DNA of 61,458 nucleotides, filler included, from Choristocarpus tenellus KU-1152 (taxonomy: Eukaryota; Protista; Phaeophyceae), in the NCBI GenBank assembly GCA_964200185.2. It is 11 parts of 11 records of this genome, joined end to end, with 100 filler letters (N's around TTAATTAATTAA, not from the genome) between each part and the next. Parts side by side here need not be neighbours in the genome. Positions count along the whole stretch, not along the records: positions 25,684 to 28,400 come from CAXNAD020025346.1; positions 28,501 to 34,324 come from CAXNAD020009669.1; positions 34,425 to 41,252 come from CAXNAD020007259.1; 8 more parts are not named here. The stretch is one strand, 5' to 3'. This document shows, in pieces, positions 25,924-37,708 of this stretch. A program made the translations under genes and the position numbers. Below the pieces are notes generated by a model. It was not told where the DNA came from. It saw only the letters and a program-made list of their open reading frames with translations, and made no database searches. Every line of letters starts with the position of its first letter. Positions within the stretch are counted from its first letter, which is position 1.

Positions 25924-26273
25924 ATTATGCTCATCAGGGAGTATCACGAGGGCGTGCCGCACTGCAAGCGCAACCCTGATCTTCAGGGACACTTGGGCAC
26001 CCTTCCTATGTGGGGGGTTCGACGGGGGGGTTGCCATGCCGACGTTCGGACCCTCAACGTGCCCAGTTCTGGTCTCAAAATCACTCCAAAATATCCCTAC
26101 TTTGACGGCTTGAAGAACCTCGAGTTTGTACCTGGTAATCCTCGACCCCCAGTTTTTCTGAAAGCTGAGATTGCCAATCACATTTCATTCTGCGGGGTTA
26201 TCGTCCGATTCGGCGCCCTTCTCGCTCGGCAAGCCCAGATGTTTCGCGGCACAAACTTATGGCAAAGAGGTAG
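25924..26273 (-). mobile_element. Terminal fragment of the same mariner family as 9701-11329
   Basis: Reverse-complement similarity to ~9701-10045, ending CTTATGGCAAAGAGGTAG|TA. Confidence 0.85.
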
Positions 26274-26289
26274 TACCAATTTCTGTATA

Positions 26290-27480
26290 AAAACTAGTTG
26301 CCAGGGCTAACTCGACCTTCATTACACCGACAAATTGCAACTAACAGTCTCGTCTCGGCCTTCTCTCTCAATAGTGCGTTGCTCACCTTTGTGCTGGCCA
26401 TTTGCATCCAGTTCAATAAAACTCTTGATGTGAGTCCTTCACTTGACTGAAATTCGTACACGCACTTGCATAACCAGGTCGGTGATGTGCCTTCCAAACA
26501 ACCTTTTCACCACATCAATTGTATGTAGGGACTTTGCTGGAACTTCCTGGATACGCTATTGTGATGAACCCGCTGCAGGAGCAGATGAAGTCATGTGTGA
26601 GTACCTCTCTTAACTTCACACACAGGGCATATGTGACATCCACCATAGACGGTGTGCCCTCATTTCAGATTACCCACGATCAAGTATGAATGGTCAATCA
26701 ACCATGGTCAACATTCCATCTCTTCTTGTGTTGCTTGTTGAGAGAGGGGGTTCACCAGGTGCCCAGGTTTATTGGCGTGCCCTCACTCATATTAATTTTC
26801 TAATAATAACTCCAACACTATCACTAACCTAATAGGTAAAAATACACAAATGTCGCCTTGTTCAAAATATGGCTGCTCATCCTATCTTGAAATCAATATC
26901 AGTCTGGTTTCCGAGTCTATTTACGCCCACCACCAGGAATGAATCCAGAAAGAGGAGAGAGGGGTACTGGTCAACCGACAGAACATCCTCTTCGGGCAAT
27001 CCTAACGACTGGTGCATTTGAGCATTTAAGGGACAACAAGCTGGGTGCTGATGATATCTTACTTCTAACGACGAGAAACAGCGAAAAGTCGACTCAGTAG
27101 CCGATCTACAACATGGAAATCCACCTCCGCCACTAGCCTGCTTGAAGCTGAAAATGTGTTGTCTCAATTACTGTATAAACTGCGTGGCAACAGGAGTCAA
27201 GAAGAACTAATAAGATAAGGCAAGTGGAGACTATTAAGAACACACCTCCTTGGCATCAAAGACGTCAGGTGAAGGCTCCTTAGTCGCTTCACTAACCACC
27301 TACGAACGTTTACCTTATCTGGCGTCCTTGAAGTCTATATTTATCGGAAGGAGTTTATACCCGAATATTGATATTCCGATCAACACCAATGTTTCAATCC
27401 GAAAATGAGCAAATCTGCGCCATTGCCGCTTCATGGTCCTCAGCTTCAAGGTTCCACGTTTACGGTTGATTTGTTGCCTT
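26290..27480 (-). pseudogene. Degenerate CACTA/EnSpm-type transposase fragment
   Basis: DVFDAK..., GCHICPVCEVK; nucleotide similarity to ~42860-43000 (CACATCAATTGTATGTAGGGACT vs CACACCAATTCCATGTAGGGACT). Confidence 0.45.
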
Positions 27481-27575
27481 GGTGTCTGACCTTGGTGTCT
27501 GACCTTGGTGTGGATCTGTGAATTGGTGGGGTGTATAGCATACATGCATGAATTTATAATGTGTATAGCAGATTC

Positions 27576-27751
27576 GACCCAAAGTATCTGGGGGGGGGAG
27601 GGCTATACCAGGGTGTCCATTTACACCAAAATCGGGAAAAGTGTATTTACATTATCCATCCGACGTATGCAACCAAATCACCCAAAATCGCGACATGAAA
27701 AAATTGAACCCCAAATGGACAACTGCCACCCCTCCCCAGATACTTTGAATC
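27576..27751 (+). mobile_element. MITE family B (~175 bp, G/C-run TIRs)
   Basis: CAAAGTATCTGGGGG...CCCCAGATACTTTG; internal CCATTT / AAATGGAC motifs; similar copies elsewhere in the window. Confidence 0.85.
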
Positions 27752-27866
27752 TTTCCACATATGTACAAAGGTGTTCCTATTGGCCAAGGTCCAGCAAAAC
27801 ACCTTTATCTGCCTCCCTACCTGTGTAAAGAATCTCGATCACTTCTTAGGACTGGTGGAGTGCATT

Positions 27867-28080
27867 GGGGAGATCCCTGTCTTCAGAAGATTCCCTGTCT
27901 TCAGGATTCCCTACTATTTTTAGGGAACATTTTTCTTTACTCCCGAGGTTATTTTTTGGTTAAGGTTAAGGTTAAGGTTAAGGTTAAGGTTAAGGTAAGG
28001 GTTAAGGTTAAGGTTAGGGTTAGGGTTAGATGCTAAAAAAATAGTGTGAAAAGTGTTCCCCAAAAACAGAGGATCTCCCC
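27867..28080. mobile_element. Small inverted-repeat-bounded element carrying a telomere-like (GGTTAA)n(GGGTTA)n tract
   Basis: GGGGAGATCCCTGT...ACAGAGGATCTCCCC ends, inner GGGAACA/TGTTCCC, about 12 hexamers at 27958-28029. Confidence 0.6.
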
Positions 28081-28400
28081 TGTAGACTGGATCTATTTTA
28101 AGATTTTTCTGTTGTGGTTTTGTGGACAAAATTGTATCTATTTATTTTTTTCCCTTTTATTCTCCTATTATGGTGATCGGTGTTTTAAATAGGGTCTCAG
28201 TTTTTTATTTAGCGGTAAGGTATGGCTAAGAAAAAACTACTATAGTATATATTTTTATTATTATGCCCTGACATTTTTCAGATGTGTTGGGGGGGAAATC
28301 AATGAAAATATCTATTATTATAAAACTTTTTTAGAGATTCTTCAGATATATGGCAAGCGGAATGCTTCCTGGATGAGCTGGCTACTCACTTGGTAGGGGG

Positions 28401-28500
28401 NNNNNNNNNNNNNNNNNNNNNNNNNNNNNNNNNNNNNNNNNNNNTTAATTAATTAANNNNNNNNNNNNNNNNNNNNNNNNNNNNNNNNNNNNNNNNNNNN
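28401..28500. other. Artificial assembly linker
   Basis: N44-TTAATTAATTAA-N44. Confidence 0.97.
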
Positions 28501-28960
28501 CCCCCCTCGATACTTTGAGCCATATGATGCCATTTTATCGAGCTATACGCTGACTCTTAATTTGGTTTTTGATTCACCAGAGAGCAAGTTCCTACATGTG
28601 GGGAATAAATGATTGTAATATATGACGAGCAATTTAAAAGTCAAATTCTCTCATTTTCGTGGATTCGCATATTCAGCAAAGTTCAAACGAAAGTAGGTAG
28701 TCGTAATTGATTGCATTTCTGTTAGTAGTTTGCTAAAAACTATGGATGCACGAAAATGACAAGAAACGGCTTCGCACACCTCGTCAGAAATGGTTATCAT
28801 TTTTGTCCACACAAGTAGGGAGTAGGTACTTGCAAGACAAACCTGTTGAGAGGTAGGCAGGTTTGGACCCTTTTGCATTCCAAGCCATCATTCTTGCCCC
28901 GTGCAATACACTGCATTTCGTTGCCCTAATGTGCAAAATTGTGTACTCAAATTGACACTT

Positions 28961-29217
28961 GAGTGAAGTATCTTAGAGGGTACGATTTTTGACCTGTTTC
29001 TCCATTTGGGGCTTGGCTTCTCACGGATTTCTAATGACACTTTACCTACTCCAAAACATTTTGGAGTAGGTAAAATGTATACGCTATGAAAAGGAGCGTC
29101 CAGAACAAGGTTATTGACATCTCCTAACAAACATGATAGCCAAAATAATATCAAATTGCAGCATTGAATTTTGGTCCCCAGATGGATGCGACTCTACCCT
29201 CTAAGATACTTTGACTG
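28961..29217 (-). mobile_element. MITE family A
   Basis: Both TIRs; flanks CTT/CTT. Confidence 0.9.
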
Positions 29218-29359
29218 CTTCCCTCTTCCACACACAAAGCGAAACCACATTTCAGCAAAGGCTCTTTCTGCAGCTGTACAAAATGACATATTTTCTTGCC
29301 CTTACTCAGCATCCGTGAAATGCAACCTTGCCTACCTCTCAGTTGGTTTGACTCTTGCT

Positions 29360-29618
29360 GAGTCAAAGTATCTTAGAGGGTAGAGCCGCTTCCATTTGGA
29401 GGCCAAAATCCAATGTTGTAATTTTTATGTAATTTTGGTTATCTTGTTTGTTAGGAGATATCGATATCCTTGTTCCGGACACAACTTTTCATAACGTATA
29501 CATCTTACCTGATCCGAAACACTTTGGAGTAGGTAAAATGTCATTAAAAACCTGTGGGAAGTCAAGCCCCTGATGAACAAATAAGACAAAACTCGTACCC
29601 TCTAAGATACTTTCGCTC
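29360..29618 (+). mobile_element. MITE family A
   Basis: Both TIRs; flanks GCT/GCT. Confidence 0.9.
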
Positions 29619-32600
29619 GCTTGCTGATGCGTTGAATCAAGAATCATGATACAAATAAGTCACGTATAGCCCGAGAAAAAAGTCATGCCGTATGCCTGTG
29701 TTTGTACAATTTTTTGTACACTATAAGAGATGACTTGACAGTTATGTGGCAGGATAGATGTTATCCCGGGCGCATGCACCTTTCTCCCACATACTTGCTC
29801 CACAGGGTGTACTCAGATGGTTGTGGCTTTGCTCCTAATCACAGTCATCATGGTGATCCTCATCATCCAACCACATAATAGTGTTCTGGCGTATCATCTT
29901 GGCCGCCGCTACCAACATTTCCACCTTTAGGAAATCATTTGTGGCCATGACCCGATAATCTTGCTTAGGAGATAGTGGTAGCAGGTATTGCTCGAAGCTT
30001 TTCGTGTGCCACACTTCAACCAATCCCTAGTAAGTTGGTCCTCCCAATGCGGTCTTGGAAGTTGAAATTTCCCCTGGACTTCAAAGCATGGTTTTGATGA
30101 CACAGTCAGCGACCCAGTCCACAAAAGTTTAGTCATGCTGCTGCGTAGAGTCTGGACCTGTTTAGACCTGTGATAAAGAGGGGTTTGAAGACAAGAAGGT
30201 ACTCCGAGTACCACAAGGGGAAGCCACTGGGGCCAGCGCCTAAGTCTTTCTATGGATTCCTCCACAATGTGAACTCCTTGTCGCCACAATCAGAATTTTT
30301 GCACTGTAGATTTTAGTGGTGGGAATTATGAGGTAAAGGAGGGTGTGAGAAATATGTTCGGAAGAACGAACTGTGAGCATATGGAGAAAAAAAAATCTAC
30401 CACACATCACAAAGTGTGCTGCAATAGGTCTGATTAGAAGAAGTGGGCACTATATCCCCAGGATTTGTATTGGAGGACATGGGTTAGGAAGAGGGTTGTT
30501 TAGTGGAACGTGTATGTATTGTTGAGGATTTTTCCCATACTGTTTACCGAAACGTAGAGGTGTAACTTTCCGTCCGAAATGAACAAACTTTTTTCATAAC
30601 CCCTGCCTTCCCATAGGAAACTGTTAAGGACAGTATGGGGATTTATGTTAAGCTCCAGAATGAAACCTTGGCGCTCCCCGGACCAACTTGACATGGTATC
30701 CACGACGTCCTGCAGAAGAGGAATGGAAGGGGAGAATCAGGGACATAGATAGTTTGGGAAAGACGTCAAGGGCTGCGACACTTCATGGTGAGGGCAAGAA
30801 GCCTGCTAATAATCACCTACTACTGGCCTACTTAGTATCAGAATGCATCAAAGTAAGAATATCCTAGAGAGGGTAAGATTTAGCCAGTTTGAATAATTTG
30901 ATCTTTCAACCTTGTGCTTAGCTCCTTATTGAAGCTGAAAATTCATTGATGTTCTATTTGGTCGCTGTGGCTGCGGTAGGTGAGACTCTCTAGATGGAGT
31001 TATCGTCGTGGGTTTGCGATAAGAGAGATGCACAAGTGGTTGAAAGGCGAGTATTATCAAATTACGAAAAGGAGATGCGTTACTTCCATGTATTTGTGTA
31101 TTATAATGATCCAGAATGACTTTCCAAGTCGAAGAAGCTTGAACACGACCAAGGTGTACGGAAAAGCAACAATGAGCAGGAATAAGTTCTAGAAATGTGC
31201 GGATATCCTTAAGGCTAGCCCCAGGAGATGGGCTGAGCACACAAATGGTTCATACTACTATTACTACCACTACAGTGGGTAGATATATGCACATCCAAAG
31301 GAACTGTCAATAATGAAATACGTACCACTTGAGTATCTATTTCGGTCTATGCTACCTGTAAAGGGTATGTTCTGTTTTCGGATCAAACACGAAAACTATT
31401 ATTTATTCAGGGGAGAGATGTGGAGAAATTGTACACAAGGAAAAGGGAAGGGAATGCCACAACCAACGGAAAGAAAACCATGTATGCGATCCTCCCCAGG
31501 TATGAAAAGTTGGAGTTGTCAAGAACCAGTTGCCCACTATTGTTTTCTGGTCGCTGTTCTGCCCTCGTGGGAGGAGTTGGACACTCCGCCTTTTGCTATC
31601 ATCCCAATTAATAATCTCGTACGGGTTAGCTGAGCCGCCCATGCTGCTCCATGTTTGTCTTGTATTGGGGTGGTACGCGTACACTGTGCACCTCATCCTT
31701 TGATGCTCAAACTGCTAACATAGTACCCTGTCCAACAACTCATTCTGGATTGAATATATGGCTGTAAACTAGTTGGTGCAATGTTTTGTATCCATCCAAC
31801 ACGTAGCCGTCCCTCTCGTTCAGGGGCACAGCCACTATTCTCGGTTCTTCAAGGACGTGGAACTTAGTCTCCTTCTCTTGGTTCTTGCGTGCATCCTCTC
31901 CTCTAGCTCGTGGTGGATATGCTCTTGTAACTGTACAAATTTGACTCATCTTCCTCCTCGAGCATGTGCGTTCGTGCTCCTTAAGGCAAGGAGTCGATGC
32001 CATAGCCGTCATGGGCCACGCTGTAGACTAGTCTGCTGGTATCGTCGCTGAGCGCGGTGATGACTTTTCTTTTGAGTGTGACATCCCCAGCTGCCATGCA
32101 CAATGAAACGTGTATTTTGTCCAAACTTTGCTCGCCTTGCGCCTCTGCACCTCTGTTTGAGGAGACGACGAGAAGCCCGCAAATCATCCGCAGGTTAGAC
32201 TTCGATGTGAACCTTTGGTGATGTCCTGGATGAACGATGTTAAAACATAGGCTACTCATCTGTTTTTCCTTGATACAATACAGTTCCACCAGTCAACACT
32301 GACTGTTGATTGGTCTGTTACGCACTAATCTTTACTACAACTAGTTCATCATCATCACATCAATTACCATCAGAACATCACAGTACACAACAGTCGCTCT
32401 GCATTCTATACACAAGAATAGATTGCGTCACTTGAGTTGCATCACATATTGATTCAAGTTTGTTCTGTTGTTCTGTTCTTCTTTTTTCTCTCTTTCTTAT
32501 CAGCAGAAGATGACAATTGAAAGTTGTACGTTGATTGTTGATTATTATTTCTTTCTTGGTTGTCAATGACCTATCATAACGCACCAAGCTCACTCTGCAA

Positions 32601-34136
32601 CAAGTGTACCTGATACAGACCTGGATGTAATATAATCAGAGTTAAAACCACCTACGGAAACCCTTGCCAGCCAAGGTATCAAGCCTCTCCACAGAGCATG
32701 GACTTCTACTTTCGTTGAGTATCTCATCAAAGAATACTGAATTCACATCACACCATTCCTGACTGAGAGATCAATGACCTCAGTCACAACAGAATAAATA
32801 CATTAGTGGTTTGCAGCACACTTACATCTATTCACAACACAGACTACACATTTTACTCATCGGTGCTTCGCAACACCATGATTCCCCATCACACTTGTAG
32901 TCTACGCATTTTGCACACGTGTACGATGCATTCAATTCAGGTCTCAACAGATTATGAGCCTCACATGATTCCCCTTGTAGCTGCTGTTGTTGTCAGGACG
33001 AAGCAGCTCACAGTTCTCAATACAAGAATAGCCATAGTTGGAACCAGATACAAATGTTGTGGCGTGTCCTGTTGGCGGATACATTGTCGGTTGGGGTGAA
33101 AGTAAGATGTTGAGAACACATCACTTTCCCCCCCCAATTTCAGCAACGGCACATCCGTACGTGTTCAGAAAGCAGTGTATGCCTGGTTTTATGTGCTCGA
33201 CGTTGGTGTAGTAGAGCTGTATGTCTAGTGAATATTTATGATTTTCCAAATTATTTGAAAATTTTCCCAACTATTTGTACAACAATAGAAAGGTGTGGAA
33301 AACTGGATACATCTGGTGTGATGTTTTGTGCTTGTTTGTTGAATTATTTATGGTGACGAAGTATGCTTTCCAAATTTCTACATGGACTGCAGTGTGCGCA
33401 TGGAAACGAGGACCTATCTAATTTTATCCTGCTTGGAGTTTGGCGAAGTAGATATAGACTGATGATGCATTTTCCGTTGAAGATGTATCTATTTTTCTCG
33501 TAGATTTCTGGGTGATGGACACTCTCGGCTTGTCCAAGCGTACAAGCGTATTGGTTATGAGACCCTCTTCCCAGGTTGAGTCCAACACGGTGAAGTCCTC
33601 TAACGTGAAAACCATCTTCCATCATCGCACTGTCACCCGTATCAGGAGTGCTGTGCCACATCCCACTCTATCACTTCCCTCTGACGAATTATTAAAGGAA
33701 TGGAAATCCCAATCCCATACTTGGTCAGCTGTGTTGTCATAATGCAAACGTTTTCCCTCTCCAGCTTTCTGTCCATCCCTGCCAAGCGACTCCGAAGCAG
33801 GATGTTATCTGATGATGCCGTAGCTGATGAGATGTGGAGGGCGATCTCCGTCAACAGAGGGACATGACTACCTACCCACAAACACATAAAATCAACGCCA
33901 GGGTAACATTTCTTCTCTGAGTATAGGACGAAAGCTGAGGTCTCGTCTGCCTTCTCCTGGGAGATGGAGTGGTGCATGGACATTATTTTTTTGCCCTTCA
34001 ACATAGGTACACGCGGATCATGTTTCCCCCGCGCCAGCCTGCTGTTGACCTTGCAATGAGGTCTGTGCACAATCACCTGCTCTCTGATAGTGTTGGTGCC
34101 AGGTAGAATGGCGTCCAATCCCCAATGCTGCACTCT

Positions 34137-34312
34137 GGGCCAAAACATCTGGAGGGGGGGTGGAGACTGCCCATTTGGGTTCAATTTTTTTCATGTCGCG
34201 ATTTTTGTGTGATTTGGTTCCATACATCGGAGGGATAATGTAAATGCACTTTTTCTGATTTTGGACAAAATGGACAACCTGGTGTAGACCCCCCCCCCCC
34301 CCCCCCCCCCTC
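34137..34312 (-). mobile_element. MITE family B
   Basis: Reverse-complement match to 27576-27751. Confidence 0.82.
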
Positions 34313-34324
34313 GGGTGTCTACGC

Positions 34325-34424
34325 NNNNNNNNNNNNNNNNNNNNNNNNNNNNNNNNNNNNNNNNNNNNTTAATTAATTAANNNNNNNNNNNNNNNNNNNN
34401 NNNNNNNNNNNNNNNNNNNNNNNN
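34325..34424. other. Artificial assembly linker
   Basis: N44-TTAATTAATTAA-N44. Confidence 0.97.
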
Positions 34425-34649
34425 CATGGGGGGTAACTGGAAACCCCCACCCTCCTACTTTATACCCTAACTATACTTTTTACAGGCCAAATATAATGTG
34501 CAATATTTTGTTTTGGAGCCGGCATAGGACTACAGAACACTGGAAACACAGCTGACGTTTCTCGTTCATTCTGTACAAGCATGACAACAATGACCAAATT
34601 TGTCCGAGCAATGAATGCTCTGACTGCCTCCATACAGTTCCCCACCGTA

Positions 34650-34693
34650 CCTAACCCTAACCCTAACCCTAACCCTAACCCTAACCCTAACCC
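34650..34693. repeat. Interstitial telomere-type (CCCTAA)n repeat
   Basis: About 7 perfect hexamers. Confidence 0.9.
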
Positions 34694-35051
34694 CGCCGGT
34701 TGGGGTGTAGCTCCAGCCGTTCTCCTACAAGCAATATCCGCACAGGAAAGAGAGAGGGGGTAACAAAGCAAGCACAACACCAGCACAGGACAATGAATAC
34801 AATGTGGAAGTCTACATTGAAATTACTTAAGAATCGTGTTGGTTGAGCTTGTAATCCACACTTGCAGGTAGCAGTCCCCCCTTTTTATTTTGCCTTGTGC
34901 ATAGAGGTTGCAATGACAACAAAACTTCCTCCTTCCATTAACCAAAGGAACAACGCCATTGACTCCTGACCTTCCAGTGTATACGTCATTACCTGATCCC
35001 ATAGCCTTAATTCTATCATGGCTTTTATCACTCCACCCTCCCTGCTCAAAG

Positions 35052-35447
35052 CTTCGATCCCGGTCTGTACACGCAATCCTGAGACCCCAACCGCCCATGA
35101 GAACCACACCTATCCACGTCTCCCCCCCCCCCCCCTCCCCCCCCCCCCCCCCCCCCCCCCCCCCTGCCTCGTTTCCCTCAATAAAAAAAAAGATGGCGCA
35201 TAAAATGGCGAAAGATCGGAGGGAGCACAAGCACAAAAGAGGTAATTCAGATGATGGTGTTATAGACATGGAAGAACTACCCACGACTACTTGTGAATCA
35301 CCAACCTCTCCACCAACCTCAGTGGAAGTGCATGACAAGGAAGTAGGCTTGGTGTCTGTCGTAGGGGTACCAAATGTGGAGGACGAAGGGAAGGAGTGGA
35401 GATGTGAGGAAGGTTTTGATGAGCTTATGAAGGTGGAGAGTGGGTAG
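35052..35447 (+). CDS. Possible terminal exon of an unknown gene (poly-Pro, basic then acidic tail)
   Basis: Open frame to TAG after a pyrimidine-rich AG acceptor; no recognisable domain. Confidence 0.3.
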   Translation, partial: LRSRSVHAILRPQPPMRTTPIHVSPPPPSPPPPPPPPPASFPSIKKKMAHKMAKDRREHKHKRGNSDDGVIDMEELPTTTCESPTSPPTSVEVHDKEVGLVSVVGVPNVEDEGKEWRCEEGFDELMKVESG

Positions 35448-35879
35448 GCACCGCATAAAGATGGAAACAAATGCACAATTTGATAGTAAAAAGCGTCTCA
35501 CAGAGAGTAATGCTTGTGTTTATTGTGAGCACTTTGTAAAGTATTGTACCAACAAAAAACACAAGGGAACATGTCGACAGAAACGCTGATATATGTATGT
35601 ATATATATAGATAGATGCGTATATGTACATGTATGTACTTCAGAGTACTGGCACCATTGTGTTGTCATCTGAGTACCAAGTGCTTGTTAGACGCTCATTC
35701 TGATATATAATGATAATCGAAAACTTCTTAATGGGTATAAAGGGAAGGGCACACTGTAGCTCTAGTCTTACAATCTGTAGAATTACTGTTTTCTGGCACA
35801 ATTCTTATCTCAAATGCCACAAATAGTCTTAGTTTTGGTGTTTTCCTAATGATTGATTGCCCATACAAAAAGCATCGCT

Positions 35880-35990
35880 CTCTACACCAAATACCTCTGT
35901 ATCCAAAGTCTACTCCAAAGCTTTTTATTCTGAACTCGATAGGACGAGTAAATCAATTCCAAAGACGGATCTCCTCATGCTCAGGGCATC
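35880..35990 (+). pseudogene. LINE (APE endonuclease) fragment
   Basis: KAFYSELDRTSKSIPKTDLLML resembles the FYxxLxxxxxxIPxxDxxxxxGD segment of RTE-like endonucleases. Confidence 0.4.
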
Positions 35991-37667
35991 GCCCTCGAAA
36001 TTATGTCATCATCGACATGGCATTGTTAAAAATATGCTCATCTTTGTAGAATGAAACAAATGTCTTGGTTGTGGATATGTATCAGCAATACTAGAGCTAA
36101 TACCTCGCTCTGAGAGCTGATAGTAGGTATCTTACCCCTCTCATCAGTTTAGAGGATAATTTTTTATAATACATCGCATCATTACTCACTGTAATTTTAC
36201 AAGTATTTTCTATAGCCACTATTAATACAGAGGATAACTACTAGTCCTCAATTTGGAGGTTAGAGCACTGTTTTTTTTTTTAATGCCAATGCTGTAATGC
36301 ACAAGCTCTTGAAATCCTTGCTTCTTCATGTGATATGCCCCAGTCTTCCGGCAAAAGGAGCTGGACTTACTTGAGGAATTTCATTTTTTTTTTGGTGATG
36401 AGAACTCATCATCTGGGTCACATGAAGTAATATTTCGACCGCTCTACTCTCTCCCCCACAACAGAGATCAACTAATTTTCTTCTTCTTTTAGGTTGACAT
36501 ACACCGCCCTGAAACAAATTCATCTTAACGTGGACAACACTGGAAGTGAGGCTTCTTTCTACATCACCCACTCACTTCCCCCATGATAGAATGGGATAAA
36601 GGAAACAGATGCTTAAAAGGGATCCAAAATATCTCCTGTTATAATTCCAAACTTCCTTCTTCTTGAGATATACGAGATGTAAGATGGTCGATACCTCAAA
36701 TGTCACAACAGAAGTAGCTCTATCTAGACGTGTCATGCGTTTTAAGATGGAGACACCTGGGAGATGGGCAAGCAGGGGGGCTTGTTAGAGTATTGGGATA
36801 CTTCCCTATCTCCTCACCCTGGGGCGCCGGGCTATCCTAGGTTGGAGGCACAGGAGGCCAGTGGTGCATCATAGCTGGTGGTAAAATAATATATAGATAC
36901 ATGTTTTTCACATTTACGATAGCCCATACGTTTTTAGGGGTTCTGACGTTTGAATGGTTTTTCATTGTTTTTTCACCTGACATATCTACAAAATGTCAAA
37001 GGGAATAATAATAAAAATACATCAAATCCAAAAAGTTTCAGTTCATATACTAATATCGAGACCTATTGAAAAAACAGGTCTCCAACATGAATTTGGTAAT
37101 AATAGCACCAAATTTTGATATCCGATTTGAATGAAATCGATCGATACCATGGACACAACATAATTTACAACACTTCAACAGTATCGATCAATATTGATCA
37201 ATGTTTTCATTGCACAACAATATATATATACCTAACTTTTTTGAGATAAATATCAAGAATATGTAAAAAAAAAGTGTACGACTGTTTACAGTCAGTCCCA
37301 CCTTCGAAGGGAGGAGGCCGTCTTGCGAGGCCTATGGCATTGACCATGTCTTCAACCTTATGCCTTAAGCATGAAAGCTCTTGGAGGCATCATTATCACA
37401 AGTATTCCAGCAACTGAGCAAAAACCGGGCAGAAACAACCACAGACACCTGAGACGCCAATGGTGTAGTTGAGTGCGATGTGGCAAGGGTCAGTGCGACC
37501 CTTACTAAATTACTTGGTTTCAGTGTCCGAAAAATGATATCCCGTATATCGTTTATTTTCTCCACTCCTATAGAGTCAATGGAGAGTATGAATTCCAATA
37601 GGAAATTCTGGACTTTCTCTATTGAAAGTTACTGTATGACAAAATGTTTGGTTAACATCCACCTTGT

Positions 37668-37708
<41 letters not shown>

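Noticed and set aside
34650-34693. True chromosome end
   Set aside because: Only about 7 units with unique sequence on both sides.
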